A DNA stretch of 64,000 nucleotides, from the NCBI GenBank assembly GCA_040905385.1, contig JBBDRP010000002.1, positions 523,526 through 587,525 on the forward strand. Reading direction: 5' to 3'. Both the position numbers and the translations under genes were made by a program. The DNA is from Minisyncoccota bacterium. GTDB lineage: Bacteria; Patescibacteriota; Minisyncoccia; Phycocordibacterales; SW-6-46-9. A model generated the notes under the pieces. The model was not told the origin of the DNA. It made no database searches and was given only the letters and a program-made list of their open reading frames with translations. Below, one piece after another: positions 1 through 6,768 of the stretch (position 1 is its first letter; each line of letters begins with the position of its first letter).

Positions 1-556
1 AGCAGTGGATACGTTCCGCGTTGCTCGGTGCGATACTTCTTTACAGCATCAGCAATGGCAGCCACTGGCTGAATAGTGCCAATCTCGCTGTTGGCATGAC
101 TACAGGAGACCAGGACTGTCTGATCATTAATGAGATCCTCGAGTACTGCAACTTCCAATCGACCGGTTACATCAACCGGCACTGTGATAATCTCAATTTC
201 GTCACCATACGACTCACGAATGTAACGAACCGATCCATGTGCAACCTCACTGACAATAATATTAGGATTCTTTATCTTACCGGCAGCACGAACTACTCCA
301 AGCAATGCCAAGCTATTTGCCTCGGTAGCCCCAGAGGTAAACACAATCTCAGACTGCTGCACAGACAAAACTTCAGCTACGGTTCTTCGAGCTTTAGTAA
401 CCGCGTCTGCTGCGGCTTGTCCTGCAGCATGTGTAGACTGTGTATTAGCGAACTTCTCCTGCCAGTACGGCTGCATAGCCTCCAGTACCTCAGAACGAAC
501 CGGAGTAGCCGCAGCGTAGTCGAGATATATTTTTTCCCTCTTTTCTTTCATACTCA
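1..556 (-). CDS. Cysteine desulfurase (NifS/IscS/SufS class-V aminotransferase), partial; 3' end lies beyond the window start
   Basis: Absent from the ORF track. Reverse translation from ATG at 556 reads MSMKEKREKIYLDYAAATPVRSEVLEAMQPYW...LVSCSHANSEIGTIQPV, matching the IscS N-terminal region (IYLDxAATTP; LVSxMHxNNEIGxxQ). Confidence 0.6.
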
Positions 557-633
557 TATTGTAGCAAATTTCGTCGTAAAATTTCGAAAAAAGCTTTTAT
601 TATCGCACCATTTGCGGTACCATCTAACAAGTC

Positions 634-2127
634 ATGAAGGAAAAAACCTCTACAACTCGACCGCCAGTTATTGCCGTGATGGGACACATAGATCACGGTA
701 AATCTACGCTGCTGGATTATATTCGAAAAACCAACGTCGCGGCTGATGAGGCTGGTGGAATCACCCAGCATCTCTCTGCCTATGAAATCCACCACCAGAG
801 TGATGAGGCAGATACGCGAATGACCTTTCTAGATACACCCGGTCATGAAGCCTTTGTATCCATGCGTAAGCGTGGTGCCGGCGTAGCTGATATCGGCATC
901 CTTGTGGTAGCAGCTGATGACGGTGTGCAGGAGCAGACGGTCGAGACCATTCGTACTATCAAAGAGCAGGATATTCCCTACATTGTAGCTATTAATAAAA
1001 TCGACCTACCAGGTGCCGACACTGATAAGGTAATCCAACAGCTTATCGAGCATGAGGTATATGTCGAAGGACACGGAGGAGATATTTCATACATGGAAAT
1101 TTCGGCTGAGAATGGTACAAATATCGATGAACTGCTTGACCTGATCGCCCTTAACGCCGAGATCCTAGATCTCTCAATGAACAAAAATGAGCCAGCCAGC
1201 GGTATCGTGATCGAGTCATCAATTGATTCTCAGCGTGGCACACAGGCAACCCTACTCTTAACTAACGGCACACTAAAAAGCGGTATGCATATTCATGCCG
1301 CTGGCTGCCTATCACCAGTAAGAATTTTTGAAAACTTTTTAGGTGAACCTATTAAAGAAGCCATTCCCTCTTCGCCGGTTCGAATTGTTGGTTTTGATAA
1401 TCAGCCACCAGTTGGAAGCCCCTTTGAGTCCTTCAGGAAAAAGAAGGATGCTCGTGATGCTGCCGAAACCTGGAATAAAGGTAGCGAAGTCGCTCCAAGT
1501 ACTCGGTCCGATAGCAAGGACTTTACAATTCCGATTCTGATTAAGACTGATGTCACTGGTACAGCCACGGCGATTGTTCATGAGATCGAAAAGCTAGATA
1601 GCGAACGTGCTTCCCTGGACATAGTACACACCGGCGTTGGAGACATTACCGAGGATGATGTACGTATCGCTGCCAGCAACACCCAGTCGGGAATCATTGT
1701 TGGCTTTAATGTTAAATCCTCCCCGGCAGCTCAGAAAGTAGCTGAGCGACTTAATGTGGCCATCAAGACCGCTTCGGTAATATATGATCTCACTGAATGG
1801 CTGCAAGAAGCGGTTGTTGAGAGAACTCCAACCATCACCACACGCGAAATTCGTGGACGCGCCAAGATACTCAAGAACTTCTCCAGCAAGCGTGATATGC
1901 AGGTAGTGGGTGGAAAGGTTATCGACGGAGCCATCACTCAGGAGGCGGAGTTATCCATTATTCGCAACGAAACTGAGATCGCTGAAGGTCGTATTGTTGA
2001 GCTGCAGCAGCAGCGAGCCGATACTGACAAAGTAGAAGCCGGACAGGAGTTTGGTGCTAATATTCAGAGTCATGTTCAGATTGCACCTGGTGATATTATT
2101 GAGTGTTTTGAGCTTGTTGAGAAATAA
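634..2127 (+). CDS. infB: Translation initiation factor IF-2, short N-terminally minimal form
   Basis: G-domain motifs VIAVMGHIDHGKSTLLD, DTPGHEAF and NKID; IF-2 C-terminal beta-barrels; conserved infB-rbfA order. Confidence 0.93.
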   Translation: MKEKTSTTRPPVIAVMGHIDHGKSTLLDYIRKTNVAADEAGGITQHLSAYEIHHQSDEADTRMTFLDTPGHEAFVSMRKRGAGVADIGILVVAADDGVQEQTVETIRTIKEQDIPYIVAINKIDLPGADTDKVIQQLIEHEVYVEGHGGDISYMEISAENGTNIDELLDLIALNAEILDLSMNKNEPASGIVIESSIDSQRGTQATLLLTNGTLKSGMHIHAAGCLSPVRIFENFLGEPIKEAIPSSPVRIVGFDNQPPVGSPFESFRKKKDARDAAETWNKGSEVAPSTRSDSKDFTIPILIKTDVTGTATAIVHEIEKLDSERASLDIVHTGVGDITEDDVRIAASNTQSGIIVGFNVKSSPAAQKVAERLNVAIKTASVIYDLTEWLQEAVVERTPTITTREIRGRAKILKNFSSKRDMQVVGGKVIDGAITQEAELSIIRNETEIAEGRIVELQQQRADTDKVEAGQEFGANIQSHVQIAPGDIIECFELVEK

Positions 2128-2130
2128 TTT

Positions 2131-2466
2131 ATGGCTACCGAAAAACGACAATTACAGATTGCTGACGCTATTCAGAAAAAGGCTGGTACTTTCTTTTCAG
2201 AGGAATCACCGGCTGGCTCTCTAGCCACAGTTACGGACGTAAAAATGTCTCCGGATTTAAACTATGCCGACATCTACATCAGTATTCTTCCAGCCAACAA
2301 GAGCGAGCAGGCCATGGAAAGCGCCGAAAAATCCCTACCAGGTCTACGACGACGCATTGGCGACCAGATGAATCTGCGCTATGTACCAAAACTTCGGCTG
2401 TACTACGACGACAGAGCCGAGGCTAAGGAGCGAGTTGAAGAGGTACTTGATGACGTACTGGACTAG
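2131..2466 (+). CDS. rbfA: Ribosome-binding factor A
   Basis: 111 aa; RbfA-like KH fold sequence (RQLQIADAIQKKAG...TVTDVKMSPDLNYADIYIS); starts 4 nt after infB. Confidence 0.8.
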   Translation: MATEKRQLQIADAIQKKAGTFFSEESPAGSLATVTDVKMSPDLNYADIYISILPANKSEQAMESAEKSLPGLRRRIGDQMNLRYVPKLRLYYDDRAEAKERVEEVLDDVLD

Positions 2467-2518
2467 TATCTTGTCTATCTTTAGGCTAATACGTATACTG
2501 AGGAAGTCTGAGTAAGAC

Positions 2519-2554
2519 GTCTGATCAATTATTTGGGATTATAATGTAACGTAC
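2519..2554 (+). promoter_or_regulatory. Promoter-like element (TTGATCAAT...GATTATAATGTAA), copy 1 of 2
   Basis: Near-identical to 2683-2719. Both copies are followed by GGCCTGGTGGCG. Confidence 0.4.
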
Positions 2555-2682
2555 AGGGCCTGGTGGCGCCCCGGTACCATGCCAGCAAGAGCTGTCGGCG
2601 ACGGGGTAAAAAGCGTTAATTCCGTACCAGAGAACCTGGCTTAGCCAGAACTACACTACGGGGTGCAGGGTGACGTAAAATG

Positions 2683-2719
2683 CTTGATCAATGATTTTAG
2701 ATTACAATGTAATGCAAAA
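2683..2719 (+). promoter_or_regulatory. Promoter-like element upstream of tRNA-Cys, copy 2 of 2
   Basis: TTGATCAATGATTTTAGATTACAATGTAATG lies directly 5' of the tRNA. Confidence 0.4.
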
Positions 2720-2793
2720 GGCCTGGTGGCGAAGTTAGTTAACGCGGGGGACTGCAAATCCTCTATCCGTCGGTGCAAATCCGATCCAGGCCT
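2720..2793 (+). tRNA. tRNA-Cys (anticodon GCA)
   Basis: Cloverleaf: acceptor GGCCTGG/CCAGGCC, anticodon stem GGGGA/TCCTC, loop CTGCAAA. The T-loop TGCAAAT is atypical (G at position 55). Confidence 0.55.
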
Positions 2794-2824
2794 CCTTCAC
2801 ACACATCTCTCATCTCACACACGT

Positions 2825-2846
2825 CAGGCTGGCCGGCGCCAGCCTG
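2825..2846 (+). other. Perfect 9-bp hairpin CAGGCTGGC-CGGC-GCCAGCCTG downstream of tRNA-Cys; no U-tract
   Basis: Inverted repeat read directly from the sequence. Confidence 0.4.
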
Positions 2847-2944
2847 CGACACTCTCATAGATTTTCTGCCTACGGCAGACCATGCAAATTCTATTCCGAG
2901 AGGTTCGCGAGAGATGTGTGTTCAGTCGTATTGATACAGGCTTC

Positions 2945-2997
2945 TTTACAAAGTGCCGGGAACGGGAATGCTCCGCACGCTGTAAAGCACACTGGTC
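2945..2997 (-). repeat. Degenerate pseudo-copy of the tRNA-Leu(TAG) 3' half plus its 3' flank
   Basis: ttctttacAAAGTGCCGGGaacGGGAatgctCCGCACGCTGTAAaGCACAcTGGTC versus the tRNA at 3015-3072 (~85 % identity). Confidence 0.55.
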
Positions 2998-3026
2998 GCG
3001 AGCCTTCGTGCTATTCCTTTATAAAG

Positions 3027-3108
3027 TGCCGGGGGCGGGAGTTGAACCCGCACGCTGTAAGGCACATGGTCCTAAACCATGCGTGTCTACCAGTTCCACC
3101 ACCCCGGC
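3027..3108 (-). tRNA. tRNA-Leu (anticodon TAG), class II with long variable arm
   Basis: Reverse complement folds as acceptor GCCGGGG/CCCCGGC, anticodon stem CATGG/CCATG, loop TTTAGGA, T-arm GCGGG-TTCAACT-CCCGC. Confidence 0.85.
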
Positions 3109-3124
3109 ACTTTATAAATGAACA

Positions 3125-3153
3125 TCTACCAGTTCCACCACCCCAGCACTTTA
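3125..3153 (-). repeat. 29-nt direct repeat of the tRNA-Leu(TAG) 5' end plus 6 nt of 5' flank
   Basis: TCTACCAGTTCCACCACCCCaGCACTTTA matches 3086-3114 with 1 mismatch. Confidence 0.6.
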
Positions 3154-3232
3154 AAAAGAAATCCCTGTAGCTACTCCACTTCCCTTGGTTATGTATCTTA
3201 CCAAAAAAATACGTAACTAACCAAAGTAAGTG

Positions 3233-3306
3233 TCCATCCGGTAGGAATTGAACCTACGGCCGTCTGCTTAAGAGGCAGCTGCTCTACCAGGCTGAGCTAC
3301 GGATGG
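3233..3306 (-). tRNA. tRNA-Lys (anticodon CTT)
   Basis: Reverse complement folds as acceptor CCATCCG/CGGATGG, D-arm GCTC-AGCCTGGTA-GAGC, anticodon loop CTCTTAA, T-arm GTAGG-TTCAATT-CCTAC. Confidence 0.75.
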
Positions 3307-3510
3307 ATATACACCTAATATCTCGCAACACGAAAATAATACCATAAAGAGTCGCATTTTATAAGTTTTATGAGTCTAGAGGCAGCTGTAAATAATTTAC
3401 ATCAAATGAAAAAAGGGGGATAGTAAGCCAGACAAGCGAGGAGAGAAGAAAAACAATGAAAATGAAGTTTACTGCGCTGAGTAATTTTGTGAACCAGGAG
3501 GGACTCGGTC

Positions 3511-3632
3511 ACAAATAAATTTACTGACGTAAATTTTTCTCGACCCCGGCTCGTGGTTTTTGCTTCGGCTCTGCCAAACAAAAACATCACTGCGCCTTTC
3601 TCGCCCCAACGCGAGCAAAGAAATTTGCTCGC
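3511..3632. repeat. Conserved tRNA-adjacent element, copy A, with palindrome AAATTTAC-TGAC-GTAAATTT (3517-3536) and terminal 9-bp hairpin (3611-3632)
   Basis: ~85 % identical over ~90 nt to 32291-32378. Preceded at 3493-3512 by a 15-nt copy of the tRNA-Leu(TAA) 3' end (ACCAGGAGGGACTCG). Confidence 0.6.
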
Positions 3633-3659
3633 TCCTACCCCATTTTCTAATACAAAATG

Positions 3660-3741
3660 TGGGCCAGGAGGGACTCGAACCCTCATGCCAATCGGCACAA
3701 CATTTTAAGTGTTGCGTGTATACCGGTTCCACCACTGGCCC
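3660..3741 (-). tRNA. tRNA-Leu (anticodon TAA), class II
   Basis: Reverse complement folds as acceptor GGGCCAG/CTGGCCC, anticodon stem CAACA/TGTTG, loop CTTAAAA, T-arm GAGGG-TTCGAGT-CCCTC. Confidence 0.85.
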
Positions 3742-3750
3742 TTATAAACA

Positions 3751-4230
3751 TCATTTCCTTCGATTCTGATTTCGACCACGATGAGTTGGTTGCAAGCTAT
3801 GACAATTTGGACACAGGATCTGTAAATTTTCCAATCGATTATCTCTACTGTCGCCATTCATGTGGTCAAGCTCTAAGGGTAATCTACCATCTTTGCTACG
3901 TTCTGCCCACCCACATTTCTCGCATTCAGGTTTTTTCAACCCTGCTTTAAAGAGCCGCTTCTTGAGCTTGTAACTCTGATAACTACTATCCTTAACCAAA
4001 ATTTCATCTAAAGACAGCAAATAACTCCCAACCCCCATCATCCCCTTACTCCAGCCCTTACCTTTAAAGTGTGATGTATCGAGATCATACTCCTTAATGT
4101 ATTTTTTTACCTGCGCATAATTCCCTCCTGCCGGCACCAAGCCTATCTTCTTTATAACCTGCCGAAAACTATATGATGTCTGTACGGCTTTTTCTAGATC
4201 TTTTTGTGTCCAACTTCGACGTTGTGCCAT
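3751..4230 (-). CDS. Free-standing HNH endonuclease
   Basis: C-terminal HNH motif ELDHMNGDSRDNRLENLQILCPNCHS. Starts 9 bp from tRNA-Leu(TAA). Confidence 0.8.
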   Translation of the reverse strand: MAQRRSWTQKDLEKAVQTSYSFRQVIKKIGLVPAGGNYAQVKKYIKEYDLDTSHFKGKGWSKGMMGVGSYLLSLDEILVKDSSYQSYKLKKRLFKAGLKKPECEKCGWAERSKDGRLPLELDHMNGDSRDNRLENLQILCPNCHSLQPTHRGRNQNRRK

Positions 4231-4302
4231 AAATTTATACTAGCATATGGTACAGGCAAATGTAATCCTTATCTTGTTTTAAGTAATATGAATAAACCAT
4301 AC

Positions 4303-4328
4303 AAAAACCCGCCAGCTGGCGGGTTTTT
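4303..4328. terminator. Bidirectional intrinsic terminator AAAAACCCGCCAGC-TGGCGGGTTTTT
   Basis: GC-rich perfect stem flanked by an A5 run and a T5 run. Sits after the pilin-like gene array (minus strand). Confidence 0.7.
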
Positions 4329-4355
4329 GAGTAGAACGTTCTATTTTAGAGGTTT

Positions 4356-4640
4356 CTACTGAAGCTGATCAAAGCCTTCAGGAGCAGTTACACCCGGTCC
4401 TAAAGAGCTAATGATTAGCTGCAGAATGCCCCAAACACCGACCATAATCACCAGGCCGATGATCGAGTACATCAGATGCTGCTTGCCTTTTTCACGCGCT
4501 GTATCATTGTCGGCATTAGCCATAAACTGGACAACACCGTAGATGAAGTAAACTAACGCGATCGCGAACAGTAAGCCAATCAACGGGTTGATTATCTCTG
4601 TAGAGAGATCGGTCACCAGTTGTTTAGCCGTATCGGACAT
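4356..4640 (-). CDS. TrbC/VirB2-type pilin-like small membrane protein, paralog 1 (no signal peptide)
   Basis: Two hydrophobic helices separated by a charged loop (DTAREKGKQH); related to the five genes that follow. Confidence 0.5.
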   Translation of the reverse strand: MSDTAKQLVTDLSTEIINPLIGLLFAIALVYFIYGVVQFMANADNDTAREKGKQHLMYSIIGLVIMVGVWGILQLIISSLGPGVTAPEGFDQLQ

Positions 4641-4691
4641 ATTGAGATTTCTATCGATCTACCGACAATTTCAAACTAACACGTCAGTGTA

Positions 4692-5066
4692 TTAGTTTGA
4701 ACTAGTATCAATGTTTGTTGGATTGATTGTCGCTTGGCTATCAATACCAAATGCATCAACAATGAACTGAATGATTCCACCAATAGCTGCTACTAAGAAT
4801 AGAGCAACAATTCCACCGATCATAATGTTCTTTCCCTTTGCTTTTGCCTCCTCATCATCTGCCTGGAAGACATACTTGGCCAGCCCCCAGAAGAATGCTA
4901 GAAGTGCAATAGCTGCAACCAGTGGGATCAATCCATTAATCAGTGTCTGCAAACTATCAACGAAATTTCCCACGTTCTCCAACTGTGCTGTAGCGACAAG
5001 CGGTGTTGCCGCAACTACAAAAGCTGCTGGAATGACTGCGAAAAATGCTTTACTTAACTTGTTCAT
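4692..5066 (-). CDS. TrbC/VirB2-type pilin-like protein, paralog 2
   Basis: Signal peptide ...ATPLVATAQ, helix LIPLVAAIALLAFFWGLAKYVF, loop EEAKAKGKN, helix IMIGGIVALFLVAAIGG. Confidence 0.6.
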   Translation of the reverse strand: MNKLSKAFFAVIPAAFVVAATPLVATAQLENVGNFVDSLQTLINGLIPLVAAIALLAFFWGLAKYVFQADDEEAKAKGKNIMIGGIVALFLVAAIGGIIQFIVDAFGIDSQATINPTNIDTSSN

Positions 5067-5138
5067 AATACGTACGAATTAATTATACGAGTAATAATGT
5101 GCACCCTTAATTAAGAGAGCGACAGGCCGGCTAATGTC

Positions 5139-5579
5139 TTAGCCAGTGCCGTCTCCACCATTATACACCATTTCTAGGTCGTCAATGCCATCTCCGGATT
5201 GAATATTAATAGTTGGTGGTGTGATGGAGCCACCGGTTTCTATATCCAAAGCTGTTGCCATAAACTCAATAATACCCCCAACGCTTGCAACCAAAAAAAG
5301 AGCAACAATACCACCAATCATGATTCTCTTGCCTTGCTGCTGCCCTTCATCGCTACCGGCATTAAAAATATACTTCGCCAACCCCCAGAAAAATGCCAGT
5401 AAGGAAAGACTGGCTACTAGAGGAATAAGCTGATTTACAATATTGCCCAGACTAGTTATAAGAGCACTTACACCTTCCTGTGCATGAGCTAATTGAGGAA
5501 ATACAAGAACAGCAGCAGATAGAAATATCGTTAATTCAATCACGCTCTTTTTTTTAAAGTATTTAAAATTCTTCAACAT
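5139..5579 (-). CDS. TrbC/VirB2-type pilin-like protein, paralog 3
   Basis: Signal peptide ...QLAHAQ; LIPLVASLSLLAFFWGLAKYIF ... KRIMIGGIVALFLVASVGG; ~75 % identical to paralog 2 in the core. Confidence 0.6.
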   Translation of the reverse strand: MLKNFKYFKKKSVIELTIFLSAAVLVFPQLAHAQEGVSALITSLGNIVNQLIPLVASLSLLAFFWGLAKYIFNAGSDEGQQQGKRIMIGGIVALFLVASVGGIIEFMATALDIETGGSITPPTINIQSGDGIDDLEMVYNGGDGTG

Positions 5580-5628
5580 ATAATCATATTACGCAAGATT
5601 CGAAATCAATGCAAAGTATAAATGTGGA

Positions 5629-5946
5629 TTACGGTGTTATTCCAATACTGCCACCGAACAAGGTCACAATAGCCCATATGGAGGTAATTGTGAATAGTCC
5701 GATTACCCCCCACAGCATCCGTTGTTTACTTCCCTCCTTCACCTCATCAGCTGCCGAGAAGACGTACTCAGCTAGCCCCCAAAAAAATACAAGCAAAGCA
5801 ATGCTAATCAGTATAGGGACAAGTGTTAGCAAGAAATCTGTTAAGTTACCAACAGCACCTTTGAAATCAGCTGGCTGAGCAAAGGTAATCTGAGGAATCG
5901 TTAACCCATATGTAAGCAAGATTAGTTTATTGTTTAAATTTAGCAT
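5629..5946 (-). CDS. TrbC/VirB2-type pilin-like protein, paralog 4
   Basis: Signal peptide ...ITFAQP; LVPILISIALLVFFWGLAEYVF; loop KEGSKQR; second helix. Confidence 0.6.
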   Translation of the reverse strand: MLNLNNKLILLTYGLTIPQITFAQPADFKGAVGNLTDFLLTLVPILISIALLVFFWGLAEYVFSAADEVKEGSKQRMLWGVIGLFTITSIWAIVTLFGGSIGITP

Positions 5947-5952
5947 ATCTCG

Positions 5953-6309
5953 TTAATCTTGAAGGTTAGTTGAAGTTCCCTCCAGAATACTAGCAATAAG
6001 ACTCGCACCGAGGATAATTGCTGCCCCGATCACGGTATACAGAGCGGTCTTCTGTGCCGTCTCGATCTTTCCGGTATTACCACCAGCTGTCACAAAAAGA
6101 AATCCAGCATAAATAATAAAGAAAACAATCACCGGAACCGAGAGAAATACAAGATCCTGCACTACTTGGTTCAGAAAATCCGTTAATGATTCAGCCTTCA
6201 GTGGATTTTCGAGTTTAGCCTGCGCCCCGACTGTACCTGGAAGCAGTACGGTAGATGCTAAAACCAGTACTGTTGATATTTTTTGATATGTAGAAGACAT
6301 ACAATTCAT
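5953..6309 (-). CDS. TrbC/VirB2-type pilin-like protein, paralog 5 (divergent)
   Basis: Signal peptide ...GTVGAQA; helix VFLSVPVIVFFIIYAGFLFVTAGG; loop NTGKIETAQK; helix 2. Confidence 0.55.
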   Translation of the reverse strand: MNCMSSTYQKISTVLVLASTVLLPGTVGAQAKLENPLKAESLTDFLNQVVQDLVFLSVPVIVFFIIYAGFLFVTAGGNTGKIETAQKTALYTVIGAAIILGASLIASILEGTSTNLQD

Positions 6310-6319
6310 AAGGATAACA

Positions 6320-6760
6320 TTAATCTAAAAGTTCTAGTGGAAGCAGCTCGGAATTATCATTTAGCCAGCCTTCACCAGTCAGGAGACTTACCAGGGTAAT
6401 AACAAGCAGGTATGCCATCAGCATAATCGCAAAACCGATGGCGGTGTTAAGAAAGATTGTCTTTGCTTGTGATACCTTTGATTCATCTCCAGCTGATGTC
6501 AGGTACAGAAAACCTGCGTACATAAACAATAGCACCGCCACACTGGTGGCAATCATAATCAACCACTCGATAAGACCGTTGATCATCGTAATAAAGGCCT
6601 CCCAGTCACAATCATTTCGACACGGGACAAGACCATTATCCTGAGCCATTACTGTGAGTGGAAGTAAAGCAGCTACCACTGCGGTTACTAAAAATCCAGC
6701 TCGGAGACGAAGCCGCAGGATACCTTTGTATGCACTAACTTTTAAGGTTGATATAGTCAT
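6320..6760 (-). CDS. TrbC/VirB2-type pilin-like protein, paralog 6 (divergent)
   Basis: Signal peptide ...TVMAQ; helix VAVLLFMYAGFLYLTSAGD; loop ESKVSQAK; helix 2. Confidence 0.55.
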   Translation of the reverse strand: MTISTLKVSAYKGILRLRLRAGFLVTAVVAALLPLTVMAQDNGLVPCRNDCDWEAFITMINGLIEWLIMIATSVAVLLFMYAGFLYLTSAGDESKVSQAKTIFLNTAIGFAIMLMAYLLVITLVSLLTGEGWLNDNSELLPLELLD

Positions 6761-6768
6761 GTTGTGTA

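Noticed and set aside
21-701. 226-aa plus-strand ORF at the window start
   Set aside because: Low-complexity, Cys/Ser-rich translation with no motif. It lies antisense to a convincing minus-strand cysteine desulfurase reading frame (1-556) and overlaps the infB start.
2567-2680. Assignment of the GC-rich element upstream of tRNA-Cys as SRP RNA (ffs)
   Set aside because: The domain IV conserved motifs (GGAA/AGCAGC symmetric loop) could not be aligned convincingly by eye. It is left as an unexplained element.
3660-3741. Possible group I intron in tRNA-Leu(TAA), given the adjacent HNH homing-endonuclease-like gene
   Set aside because: The anticodon loop CTTAAAA is uninterrupted and the tRNA folds canonically at 82 nt. 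There is no intron.
2882-3950. Plus- and minus-strand ORFs (2882-3121, 2916-3170, 3402-3698, 3469-3735, 3560-3769, 3657-3950) across the tRNA island
   Set aside because: They overlap well-folded tRNA genes and their repeat debris. The translations are Cys/Arg/Pro-rich nonsense, typical of ORFs through GC-rich structured RNA.
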